NCBI GenBank assembly: GCA_021797815.1 | Contig: JAJZYZ010000007.1 | Coordinates: 3,118 to 67,117, forward strand | DNA from: Bacillota bacterium | Lineage (GTDB): Bacteria > Bacillota > Sulfobacillia > Sulfobacillales > JAIMBI01 | Reading direction: 5' to 3' | Length of the DNA stretch: 64,000 nt | Part shown: positions 36,949 through 45,896 of the stretch, in pieces | Layout: every line of letters starts with the position of its first letter | How positions within the stretch are numbered: position 1 is the stretch's first letter | Program-made: the position numbers and the translations under genes | Notes under the pieces: generated by a model | The model's input: the letters and a program-made list of their open reading frames with translations, nothing else | What the model was told of the DNA's origin: nothing | Database searches by the model: none

Positions 36949-37945
36949 AATCCGTCGAAGGCGCCAGAGCCTCGGCCTTAGCCTCAGCGAGGCGGCCCGT
37001 CAGATGGGGATAAGCCGGCAGGCGCTGCTGGCCATCGAGCAGGGCCGGGTGCCGCGCGCCGATACGGCTCTCAAGATCGCGCGGGTTCTCCACACGACGG
37101 TGGAAGCACTCTATGAGCCCGACGGTCCGCACCGATGGGTCGGCCGGCCCGGCGGGCGGGCGCGCTGGGCATGGGTACGCCAGCTCACCCTCTTTCGTAC
37201 ACCCTCGCTCGCAGCGGACGTAAGCGTCCAGGGTACGGTCGTGACCCCGCTTCCCGAAGCACGCCCGCCCGAACGGGTCGTCGTGATTGCGGGATGCGAC
37301 CCGGCCCTGCCGATAATTGCCGATTGGATGCAGCGCCTTCAACCCGGATGGTGGTGCGACGTGTGGTCGTGTCCCAGCATGGAGGCCCTCCAGCTGTACC
37401 GGGATGGACTCGTGCACGTGGCCGGGATCCACCTCTTTCACGGTCTCGGCTACAACGAACCCTGGACACGCGACCTGCCCGAGTCGGCCGGGGTGCATTC
37501 CGTGACCTGGGAGGCGGGACTTGTCGCGCGCGACACCCATGACCTCGCGGTGTGGCCCCGCCACTGGCGCGAAGGGAGGATGGCGGTGCGCCAGCCGGGA
37601 TCGGAAGCCCGGGCGCTGGCCGACCGCATGGCCGGGCGCCAGGGGTTGTCTGGGGCGGCCTGGGCGGGACGCCCCGCGCAGTCCCACCTGGAAGCGGGAC
37701 TGTGGGTGGCGGACGGCACGGCCCGGGTCGCCGTCTCGACCCGCGCGGTGGCCGCTCTTTACGGCCTGGAGTTTGAGCCATGGGCCGAAGAACCGTTTGA
37801 CTGGGTGGTGGACCGCTCCCCTCAGGAGGGGGTGGAGCGTCTCTTGCAGACGCTCACCCACCCGCTCGTGCGGGCGTCTCTGGCCCGTCTTCCCGGCTAT
37901 CGCCTGGACGGAAGCGGGGAGCCGCTCTGGAGTCACGGATCCTGA
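36935..37945 (+). CDS. XRE-type HTH regulator fused to a periplasmic-binding-protein-like (molybdate-binding-like) domain
   Basis: The HTH is LSLSEAARQMGISRQALLAIEQGRVPRADTALKIARVL, followed by a ~270-aa PBP-like domain. It is the last gene of the transporter operon. The ATG ATG at 36935/36938 follows GGAGGTG. Confidence 0.75.
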   Translation: MMSLEIRRRRQSLGLSLSEAARQMGISRQALLAIEQGRVPRADTALKIARVLHTTVEALYEPDGPHRWVGRPGGRARWAWVRQLTLFRTPSLAADVSVQGTVVTPLPEARPPERVVVIAGCDPALPIIADWMQRLQPGWWCDVWSCPSMEALQLYRDGLVHVAGIHLFHGLGYNEPWTRDLPESAGVHSVTWEAGLVARDTHDLAVWPRHWREGRMAVRQPGSEARALADRMAGRQGLSGAAWAGRPAQSHLEAGLWVADGTARVAVSTRAVAALYGLEFEPWAEEPFDWVVDRSPQEGVERLLQTLTHPLVRASLARLPGYRLDGSGEPLWSHGS

Positions 37946-37975
37946 AGGGATCGTGGCGGGGAGAGAAACAAGAAA

Positions 37976-37997
37976 AGGCGCCCCCTGAGGGGCGCCT
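37976..37997 (-). terminator. Rho-independent terminator (minus-strand PaaA-like/DUF1858 operon; may act bidirectionally)
   Basis: AGGCGCCCC-CTGA-GGGGCGCCT. On the minus strand it is followed by TTTTCTTGTTTC. Confidence 0.75.
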
Positions 37998-38005
37998 GCC
38001 ATAAC

Positions 38006-38224
38006 TCAGGCCTGGGCCGTCTCAGCATCAAGCGCGTCCGCCACCTCGCGGAAAAACGCAGCCAGGTTGCTCACGGCATTATAGTGGCCGTTTTGTTCCA
38101 CCGTGGACGTAAGGGCCACATAGCATCCCGGGCAGAACACGATGCCCCAGCGGGCCAGGACCTCGGCTACATGGGGATCTGCCACCACAAGATCCACGAC
38201 CCGCGCCTGGGCTACGTCACTCAA
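38006..38224 (-). CDS. DUF1858-like (ScdA_N-like redox disulfide) small protein
   Basis: VVDLVVADPHVAEVLARWGIVFCPGCYVALTSTVEQ fits the DUF1858 pattern with its CxxC. The TTG start overlaps the upstream TGA as TTGA. Confidence 0.55.
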   Translation of the reverse strand: MSDVAQARVVDLVVADPHVAEVLARWGIVFCPGCYVALTSTVEQNGHYNAVSNLAAFFREVADALDAETAQA

Positions 38225-39048
38225 CCCGCGGCCTGCCCCTCTTCGGGCACCTGCTCCCAGTCCGGGATCCACGTGGGGACCTGGAGGCCGGCGGCCTCGA
38301 TGGCCTTGGTCACGTCGTCGACAAAGGCCTGCCGCACTTCATCGTTGTCACGCACCTTGAGCTGCCACTTCTGGTAAATGGCATTGCGACGGGTTTTCGG
38401 GCGTCCAAACACATTCATGACCCGCGGCCACCACAGGTTGAGCGTTGTCTGCAGCTCATCGTGCGTGGCCGGATCCCGTCCGAGCCGCTTGAGCCAGGTG
38501 TCGCCATGGGCGATGTGCATGGTCTCTTCCTTCATGATGCCGTCCATCACCCGCCGCCAGGGCCCGTAGCTGCAGTGCACCACATCGTCAAGCTGGTGGC
38601 CGGCGGCGCGGTCCATCAGGACGTTGAACATGATGAAGTCTGACCAGGTGTCAATCGGGTAGTAGAAGATATTGACCCGCTGGTCCTGCCCGGCCCGCTG
38701 CTGTCCGAGATAATCTTGATCCCCCACCCGCAGGGTGAAGTCAAACTGCTTGACCCGGTCCTCGACGTCGACCCCGAGATTCTCGAGGAGCTTATATACC
38801 ACGCGGCCGTGCCGCACCTCGTCGCGGGCAATGGACGCCACCGCCAGCATCTCCGCCGGGTTGGGCGCCTTCATGATCCAGGGCACGTAGCCGAAGGCAC
38901 CGGCAATCTCCGAGTCGGCTTCCATCATCATTAAGTGGATCAGATTCTCCCGGTACTCGTCGGTCATGTCGGCGGGATCCTCCACAAGCTCTCCCTGCCG
39001 GATCTTCTCGATGAGGACCGCGTTCCTGTCTTCTTCGCGCTCGGCCAT
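38221..39048 (-). CDS. PaaA/PaaC-family ferritin-like di-iron protein
   Basis: MEADSEIAGAFGY...ARDEVRHGR...MKEETMHIAHGDTW contains two E..H-type di-iron motifs typical of the phenylacetate-CoA oxygenase subunit family. The ATG at 39048 follows GGGAGG. Confidence 0.75.
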   Translation of the reverse strand: MAEREEDRNAVLIEKIRQGELVEDPADMTDEYRENLIHLMMMEADSEIAGAFGYVPWIMKAPNPAEMLAVASIARDEVRHGRVVYKLLENLGVDVEDRVKQFDFTLRVGDQDYLGQQRAGQDQRVNIFYYPIDTWSDFIMFNVLMDRAAGHQLDDVVHCSYGPWRRVMDGIMKEETMHIAHGDTWLKRLGRDPATHDELQTTLNLWWPRVMNVFGRPKTRRNAIYQKWQLKVRDNDEVRQAFVDDVTKAIEAAGLQVPTWIPDWEQVPEEGQAAG

Positions 39049-39271
39049 AAAAGCCTCCCTCCGTGTATTCCGACCATCAAGTCCTGGCCTTCTTGCTGTC
39101 CCATCCTGTTCGGCGTCTGTTTGTCGGAAGCGGTGGTCGTGTTGGGCAACATTATACGCGGCTTGCTGTAGGTGCGAAAAACGCCAGGACCCGGCCAAGA
39201 ACACCGACTGAACAGCGGACCTGGCGACCGGGAAGGCCTTACGCGCCGCCCGGGTACCGGAGCCGGCCTCG

Positions 39272-40162
39272 TCAGGAGCCGGGCGTCACCGTGATAGCCT
39301 GCTCGCCCAGCTGCTGCCAGGCAGAGATGAAGGGGGCTTCCGGTACGGCCTCGGCTGCCTGTCCGGTCCACGGGTTGTTGACGTAGAGGGTGCTTCCCTT
39401 GTAGCCCACCAGGAGCACGGCATGCTCCAGGGGCGTGGCATGGACCGGCCCCTCGGGACTGTTCCACGTCACCCAGTTCTGCGTCGGGGCGAACGTCAGC
39501 GTCGTCCACACCTCGACCGGAATGCCGCTGGCCACCTGGGCCAGGATATCGGAGAACGGCTTGCCCGTCAGATTCTCGGCACGGCCGGGCAGCACCTGGT
39601 TAAGGAGCTTCATCATCGGCCCGTTGTAAATGCCATACCCATAGTTGACCTTGTACACATCCCCGACAAAGCCGACGTTGGGATTGCCCCAGTAGGAGAC
39701 GCGGTTTTCCACCTCGCCGCTGGCCGTGGTATAGGAGCTCAGCTGCAGGGGTGTCGGATCCTTGGGCATCTCCGCCGCCAGCGTCATCTTGCTGACCGGG
39801 TTTCCGACGGCGGTCAAGAGCATGGAAAGGCTCGTCACCTCGCACCCATTGGGCAGCTGGGGAAACTGGGACTGCGCCGGTACCGAGATGAAGGCAGACG
39901 CGGGCAGGGACGTGGTGGATGCGGCCGCAGAGGACGAGGACGTCGGCGGCGGCGATGAGGTCTTAGACGCGCTTGACGGGGGAGACGAGGTTCGGGGAGA
40001 GGGGCGCGAGGGTGTACGCTGGCCAAGACCCCAATGAAACGCGCCCATGCTGAGTGCCCCCATGCCGACCAGCACGACGCCGGTCGCAAGGGTCCGCCGC
40101 CACACCCAGTGATGGTGGGTGGACCGGCGACCGGTGCCTCTGAAGTTTGAACCCATCCGCAT
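39272..40162 (-). CDS. Secreted/membrane-anchored C39-like cysteine peptidase (YvpB-like) with Ser/Pro/Thr-rich linker
   Basis: An N-terminal TM anchor and an S/P/T-rich linker precede QLPNGCEVTSLSMLL (catalytic Cys context) and HAVLLVGY (His context). The ATG at 40162 overlaps the asnB stop. Confidence 0.7.
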   Translation of the reverse strand: MRMGSNFRGTGRRSTHHHWVWRRTLATGVVLVGMGALSMGAFHWGLGQRTPSRPSPRTSSPPSSASKTSSPPPTSSSSAAASTTSLPASAFISVPAQSQFPQLPNGCEVTSLSMLLTAVGNPVSKMTLAAEMPKDPTPLQLSSYTTASGEVENRVSYWGNPNVGFVGDVYKVNYGYGIYNGPMMKLLNQVLPGRAENLTGKPFSDILAQVASGIPVEVWTTLTFAPTQNWVTWNSPEGPVHATPLEHAVLLVGYKGSTLYVNNPWTGQAAEAVPEAPFISAWQQLGEQAITVTPGS

Positions 40163-42105
40163 CACCTCGCTCGCGTAGTCACACCCATGGCCGAAACTGT
40201 TTCCGACGCCGTCGAGGCGGGCTCTCCCAATCCTTCGCGCCATGGTGACTGCGGTTCCATGTATGCCTGGTACCAGACCAGGAAAGTGAACGCCGTCCAG
40301 ATTTTTCGGTTGCGATTCCACACAAAGGTGCCGGCATCGTTTAGAAGGCCTTCAAAGTACGTCGTGTCCAGCACCGCCGGCTGAACCGTTTGGAAGACAT
40401 CGTGGATGAAGTCGTGCAGGTCGGCGGCAATCCATTCCCGAATGGGGATGGGAAACCCGAGCTTGGGCCGGCTCACGACCTCGTCCGGCAAAATACCCCT
40501 GGCCGCCTCGCGCAAGGCCACCTTGGTTGTCCCGCGCCCGACCCGAAATTCGACCGGGAGCCGGGAGGCCACTTCAAAGACGGCGACATCCAAAAACGGC
40601 ACCCTGAGCTCCAGCGAGTGCGCCATGGACATCTTGTCGGCCTTCATCAAGATATCACCGGGAAGCCAGGTATGGCAGTCCACCGTCTGCATGCGCGCGA
40701 CCGGATCCAGGCGGGCCGAGGCCGCGTAGTACGGGTCGGTGACGCTGTACGGGTCCTGGAGTCCCCGCGCGTCCGGAACCCGAAGAAAGTCGCGCTTCTC
40801 GTCGTCGGTGAACATGCGCGCGTTGCCTATGAAGCGGCGCTCAAGGGGCCGGGCACCTCGCTCCAGATATCCTCGTCCCTTCATCCCCGGGGGGAGCGCC
40901 CGCGCCATGCGACCCACCATGCCGCGAAGTCCCGGCGGCATCCACTCGAACGGGCGGAGCGCCCCTGGCTCACGGTAAATCGGGTACCCCCCAAAGAGTT
41001 CGTCCGATCCCTCTCCGGAAAGGATGACGGTGACATGGCGGCGAGCCTCCCGCGCCAGAAAATAAAGCGCCGGCGCGCTTGGATCGGCTATCGGCTCTTC
41101 CTGGGATGCCACGATGCGGGCAAAAAGATCCCGATACTCCCCGGGTGACACTTCCACCTCGTGGTGGCGGGTGCCGAGCGCCTCGGCGATGCGGCGGGCC
41201 GCACCGAGCTCGTTCACTTCCCGATGGTTTCCGGAGAAGCCGATGCTGAAAGTATCGACGTCCTCCCTCTCCCGCATGAGCGCAACCACGAAGCTTGAGT
41301 CGATGCCGCTCGACAGGTATGCACCGCGCGGCACATCACTCACCATGTGCCGCCGCACGGAGTCGCGAAGGGTGTCCTGTATCCGCTCCGCCGTCTGGGC
41401 GAGCGACGGGGCTGCTCTTGCGGGTTCGGGTTCAAAGGCGAGCTGCCAGTAGCGATGGAGCGACAGGGCTCCATTCTGAAAGAGCAGATAGTGCGCCGGG
41501 GGCAATCGGTAGACTCCACTCCACATGGTGAGCGGGTCCGGCACGTACTGAAACGTGAAGTAATGCCAGACGGCCTGGGTGTCAAGGGACGGCCGCAGGC
41601 GGCCCGAGGCCAGGAGGCTACGGATCTCGGAGGCAAAGAGCAGGGTCCCGCCGTCCCGGGCGTAGTAAAGCGGCTTGATGCCGAAATGGTCGCGGGCCAG
41701 GTAGAGCCGGTCCGCGCGTTCGTCCCGGATAGCCAGGGCAAACATCCCGCGAAGGCGCGAAATCCCGTCGATGCCCCATTCCTCGTAGAGATGCGGCACA
41801 ACCTCGGCGTCATTGGAGGAGACTAAACGATGGCCGCGTGCACCAAGCTCCTCTCGAAGCTCGCGGTAGTTATAAATTTCGCCGTTGACGACACTCACTA
41901 CCTGGCCATCTTCGCCCCGCATGGGCTGATTCCCACCGGCCAGGTCTATGATGGACAGACGGCGGAACCCGAGGCCGACCGGACCATGCGTAAATACGCC
42001 CGCATCGTCGGGTCCGCGATGGGCCATGGCATCCATCATCCGGGAAAGCGGGCCCGGGTCGACGGACCGCGCGGCCGGCTCCACCACGCCACAGATTCCG
42101 CACAT
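40162..42105 (-). CDS. asnB: Asparagine synthase (glutamine-hydrolysing)
   Basis: The N-terminal nucleophile is MCGICGV. FRRLSIIDL is present, and the PP-loop is YLSSGIDSS. GGAGGTG precedes the ATG at 42105. Confidence 0.95.
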   Translation of the reverse strand: MCGICGVVEPAARSVDPGPLSRMMDAMAHRGPDDAGVFTHGPVGLGFRRLSIIDLAGGNQPMRGEDGQVVSVVNGEIYNYRELREELGARGHRLVSSNDAEVVPHLYEEWGIDGISRLRGMFALAIRDERADRLYLARDHFGIKPLYYARDGGTLLFASEIRSLLASGRLRPSLDTQAVWHYFTFQYVPDPLTMWSGVYRLPPAHYLLFQNGALSLHRYWQLAFEPEPARAAPSLAQTAERIQDTLRDSVRRHMVSDVPRGAYLSSGIDSSFVVALMREREDVDTFSIGFSGNHREVNELGAARRIAEALGTRHHEVEVSPGEYRDLFARIVASQEEPIADPSAPALYFLAREARRHVTVILSGEGSDELFGGYPIYREPGALRPFEWMPPGLRGMVGRMARALPPGMKGRGYLERGARPLERRFIGNARMFTDDEKRDFLRVPDARGLQDPYSVTDPYYAASARLDPVARMQTVDCHTWLPGDILMKADKMSMAHSLELRVPFLDVAVFEVASRLPVEFRVGRGTTKVALREAARGILPDEVVSRPKLGFPIPIREWIAADLHDFIHDVFQTVQPAVLDTTYFEGLLNDAGTFVWNRNRKIWTAFTFLVWYQAYMEPQSPWREGLGEPASTASETVSAMGVTTRAR

Positions 42106-42342
42106 AAGACACCTCCAACCTCCCGCCACGGCTCATCATGCGTCATTGACCCACGGGCGGGCAGCGATGGGTCGCGGACCGGAGAGCAGGCATCAGCAGA
42201 ATAACATCCCGAACACAGCCTGGTCGCCTGGTAAGTTTTCTCCGGGTGCGCGGCTTCGCCCCTCGCGGACGGACGTGTCCCATGCCGGACGCGTCCGCCG
42301 ATGGGCACCAAGACAGTCGTGGGCAGGTGGCCGCACTGGCTT

Positions 42343-43203
42343 TTAAGAAGCGAAGTGGGAGACGGCGGCCTCGAAAACGGGCACGACTCGTCCTCCCACC
42401 GCCACGGGTACTCCGTCGACCCTGAGGCGCAGATGTAGCTCGGACGGACGTCCGATCTCGAGCCCCTGGCGGATGACAAAGCGGCCCGGATCCGTGACAC
42501 CGGCGCCGCGCACGAGAAACCAGCCGAGGTCAGCGGCAGCGCTCCCGGTGGCCGCATCCTCATTCACCCCGTGGCCGGGGGCAAACATACGGGCGTGAAT
42601 CATGCCGGGTGCGGAAAACGCCCACGCGTACAGCCCGCCCACCGACCCCTCCAACCCGTCCAACACTGTCTGCATGCGGGTGAACGACGGAGCGAGCCGT
42701 GCGACAGCCGACGCCTCCACGTTCACCAGTAGGTGTGCGAGTCCCGCTGCCACCACACGGGGCGGATGCTCGTCCCGTATCGATTCCGGGGCCACGCCGA
42801 GGGCTTCTGCGGCAGCCGCGGCCGGAACCGCCTCGCCCAGCTGACCGGGCGGCGGTGTCATCCACCACATCCCACTCTCATCCCGCGTGCACTCCACCGC
42901 GCCGGCGGCCGTTGTCTGCATGACCGGGCTCTCTACAAGGCCCCGGGCTGCCAGCGCCGCGACCGTGCCCAGGGTGGGATGACCGGCAAAGGGCAGTTCA
43001 TGGGTCGGGGTAAAGATCCGGGAATGATAATGATGGGCGTCATCCACCCACACAAAGCTGGTCTCGCTGAGATTCATTTCCCGCGCCCAGGCTTGGAATC
43101 GCGAAGTCGGCAGGTCCTCAGGCGGGTTCACGAACACCGCCAGGGGATTTCCGCCCAGAAGTTCTGCGGAAAACACATCCACCTGAATCAGCGAGACACT
43201 CAC
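42343..43203 (-). CDS. PhzF-family isomerase-like protein
   Basis: VDVFSAELLGGNPLAVF...NLSETSFV...FTPTHELPFAGHPTLG is the typical PhzF pattern. Confidence 0.9.
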   Translation of the reverse strand: MSVSLIQVDVFSAELLGGNPLAVFVNPPEDLPTSRFQAWAREMNLSETSFVWVDDAHHYHSRIFTPTHELPFAGHPTLGTVAALAARGLVESPVMQTTAAGAVECTRDESGMWWMTPPPGQLGEAVPAAAAAEALGVAPESIRDEHPPRVVAAGLAHLLVNVEASAVARLAPSFTRMQTVLDGLEGSVGGLYAWAFSAPGMIHARMFAPGHGVNEDAATGSAAADLGWFLVRGAGVTDPGRFVIRQGLEIGRPSELHLRLRVDGVPVAVGGRVVPVFEAAVSHFAS

Positions 43204-43242
43204 GTCTGACGCTCCTTCTTGAGGATCAACGCCAACGCCTCC

Positions 43243-43497
43243 TCATTCGTTGGCGAGCCAGGCGGGACGCAGTTCGGGCGGACAGCCCGCCGCGACCCAC
43301 CTGAACCAGACGCCAGGGCCGTATTCGGCCTCGCCGTCCCCGGCGGCAATCGAAAAAAAGAGCTGGGCCATCCAGGGATCCTCTCCCCAGTCGGGAGAGA
43401 CCGGGTCAGTATCGGCGCTCACCCCGGCCTCCATTCCGCTCGCCTCTCCGCTCGCCTCTCCGCTCCCAACTCCGTGACCGGCTTTCTCACCGTTCAC
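43243..43497 (-). CDS. Hypothetical small acidic protein with SGEA tandem repeat
   Basis: 84 aa with G/C-rich third positions. It sits between E2 and PhzF on the same strand, and I do not recognise a family. Confidence 0.45.
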   Translation of the reverse strand: MNGEKAGHGVGSGEASGEASGMEAGVSADTDPVSPDWGEDPWMAQLFFSIAAGDGEAEYGPGVWFRWVAAGCPPELRPAWLANE

Positions 43498-43502
43498 TGC
43501 GG

Positions 43503-44786
43503 TTAAGACAGCGGGCTCTCTTTGTCGAGGGATTCCAGCGCCTTCTTGACCGTGTTGACGAAGAGGGCGGCCTCCGCCCCGTCCACGACCCGGTGGTCAA
43601 AGGACAGGCACAGATTCACCATCGAGCGCACGGCAATCGCGTCTCCGACGACGACCGGCCGCTTTACGATTGACTCCATCGTGACGATGCCCACCTCCGG
43701 CGCATTGATGACCGGGTACGTAAGCACGGTCCCGACCGCACCGGTGTTGTCCACCGTAAACGTGCCGCCCGACATATCATCCACCGTAAGCTTCCCTTGC
43801 CGCGCCCGCTGGGTAAGCTCTTGCGCCCGGTGCGCCAGGCCGACGATATTCAGCTGGTCGGCGTCCTTCACGACAGGCACTACGAGTCCCCGGTCTGTCG
43901 CCGCTGCGATGCCGACATTGACCCGCTTCTTCATCACGATGGAATCGTTGTTCCACTGCGCGTTCATGATCGGGACCGCCCGCAACGCCTCGGACACGGC
44001 CCGGAGCATGAACGGCAGGTACGTGAGCGAGACGCCTTCCCGGGCGCGAAACGCGTCTTTGTGCCGCTCCCGCAAAGATACGAGACCGCTGACGTCAGCC
44101 TCCACCATGAGCCAGGCATGCGGCACCGTCTGCTTCGAGCGCAGCATCCGCTCGGCAATGACGCGGCGGACAGAGGTGAGAGGCACCAGCGTGTCGGCGT
44201 CTTCCACACGGGCGGGCGCCCCCGCCAGGACGGCTGCGGGTGCCGACGGCGGCGCCGCGACCGGCGCGCTAGGCGCCGCGGCGGGCTTCGACGTACCGGA
44301 GGCGGCATACTGCCGGACGTCGTTTCGGGTTACGCGCCCACCGGCGCCGGTGCCCGTCAGGTCATCAGGATTGATACCCACTTCCTCCGCCAGCTTGCGA
44401 ACGGCCGGACTGTAGCGGACACCCTCGCGTCGGGGCCGCACGGTCTCCGCGGCCGCCGGGGCCGGCTCGGCGGGAACGGGTTGGGACGGGGTCGATGGAA
44501 CCTCGGCGGCGGCTTCGGCCGCTTCCTGGTCATCGTCGCCCTCGCCCTCCACCTCAAGCTCCGCAATGGCCGCACCCACCGGAACCGTCTCGCCCTCCGG
44601 CACCAGGATGCGCTTGACGACCCCGCCGGCCGGGGATGGCACCTCGGCGTTGACTTTGTCGGTCGTCACTTCCACCAGCGATTCATATTCTTCGATGGCG
44701 TCGCCCGGCTTCTTCAGCCACTGGCCGATGGTCCCCTCGGTGACGCTCTCCCCCAGCTGGGGCATCTGCACTGTTTTGACCGCCAT
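43503..44786 (-). CDS. Dihydrolipoamide acyltransferase (E2) of a 2-oxoacid dehydrogenase complex
   Basis: The lipoyl domain is EVTTDKVNAEVPSP and the E3-binding domain is YSPAVRKLAEEVGI. The catalytic C-terminus carries the DHRVVDG motif (LSFDHRVVDGAEAA). Confidence 0.95.
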   Translation of the reverse strand: MAVKTVQMPQLGESVTEGTIGQWLKKPGDAIEEYESLVEVTTDKVNAEVPSPAGGVVKRILVPEGETVPVGAAIAELEVEGEGDDDQEAAEAAAEVPSTPSQPVPAEPAPAAAETVRPRREGVRYSPAVRKLAEEVGINPDDLTGTGAGGRVTRNDVRQYAASGTSKPAAAPSAPVAAPPSAPAAVLAGAPARVEDADTLVPLTSVRRVIAERMLRSKQTVPHAWLMVEADVSGLVSLRERHKDAFRAREGVSLTYLPFMLRAVSEALRAVPIMNAQWNNDSIVMKKRVNVGIAAATDRGLVVPVVKDADQLNIVGLAHRAQELTQRARQGKLTVDDMSGGTFTVDNTGAVGTVLTYPVINAPEVGIVTMESIVKRPVVVGDAIAVRSMVNLCLSFDHRVVDGAEAALFVNTVKKALESLDKESPLS

Positions 44787-44849
44787 CTCTTGCCTCCGCT
44801 CACATCTTTCAAAACTCAGCGCTGAAAAGCGCCGGGCACCGGCGGGTCC

Positions 44850-45836
44850 TTAGAACCTGGCCAGTTTTAGGGCCGCATCGTGGATCTTGTCGGGCGTGAC
44901 CATAAACGCATGTTCCAGGGTCGCCGCATACGGCATGGCCGGGACATCGGGACCCGCAAGGCGCATGATCGGCGCATCCAGATCAAAGAGGGCGTGTTCC
45001 GCGATAATGGCACTCACCTCGCCCCCAAATCCGCCGGTCAGGTTGTCTTCATACACGATGAGGACCTTGCCGGTCTTTTTGGTAGTAGCCAGGATGGCGT
45101 CGATATCAAGGGGCCGCACGGTCCTCAGATCCAGCACCTCGGCGGACACACCGTCTTCTTCTCGCAGCCGCTCGGCCGCCGTTACGGAAAAGTTCACGGT
45201 CATGCCCCACGAAATGATGCTGATGTCGGTGCCCTGGCGCTTCACATCCGCCAAGCCCAGGGGGATCAGATAGCGCTCGTCGGGCACCTCTCCCCGGATC
45301 GACCGATAGGCGCCTTTGTGTTCGAGGAAGATGACGGGGTCCTCATCCTCGATGGAGGAGGCGAGCAGGCCCTTCACGTCGTAGGGCGTGGCCGGCATTA
45401 CCACCTTGAGGCCCGGTACATGGGCGAAAAATGCCTCCACACTCTGGGAGTGATAGAGGGCTCCGTGGATGCCGCCGCCATAAGGCGCCCGCACCACCAT
45501 GGGCACCCCGAAGTCGCCATTCGATCGGTATCGGATGCGCGCCGCTTCCTCCACGATCTGGTTGAATGCGGGGAAGATGAAGTCAGCGAACTGGATCTCG
45601 GGAATCGGTCGCAGACCATTTACCGCCGCGCCGATGGCCGTTCCCACAATGGCGGCCTCCGCCAGCGGAGAGTCCATCACCCGACCCTCGCCGAATTCGG
45701 CCTGGAGTCCTTCGGTTACGCGAAACACACCGCCGCGCACACCGACGTCCTCGCCGTATATGATGATGCGGGGATCCCGGCGCATCTCCTGCCGGAGCGT
45801 CTCCCGCACGGACTCGAGGTAAGTCATCACCGCCAT
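44850..45836 (-). CDS. 2-oxoacid dehydrogenase E1 component beta subunit
   Basis: IIYGEDVG..GGVFRVTEGL, the transketolase-like pyrimidine-binding domain and the C-terminal domain are present. The start is the Met at 45836. Confidence 0.95.
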   Translation of the reverse strand: MAVMTYLESVRETLRQEMRRDPRIIIYGEDVGVRGGVFRVTEGLQAEFGEGRVMDSPLAEAAIVGTAIGAAVNGLRPIPEIQFADFIFPAFNQIVEEAARIRYRSNGDFGVPMVVRAPYGGGIHGALYHSQSVEAFFAHVPGLKVVMPATPYDVKGLLASSIEDEDPVIFLEHKGAYRSIRGEVPDERYLIPLGLADVKRQGTDISIISWGMTVNFSVTAAERLREEDGVSAEVLDLRTVRPLDIDAILATTKKTGKVLIVYEDNLTGGFGGEVSAIIAEHALFDLDAPIMRLAGPDVPAMPYAATLEHAFMVTPDKIHDAALKLARF

Positions 45837-45896
45837 GCCTTTATCCTGCCTCCTGGGCGACTGGCTCGGGCCTCGCCGCATACTTCTCGTAAACCG

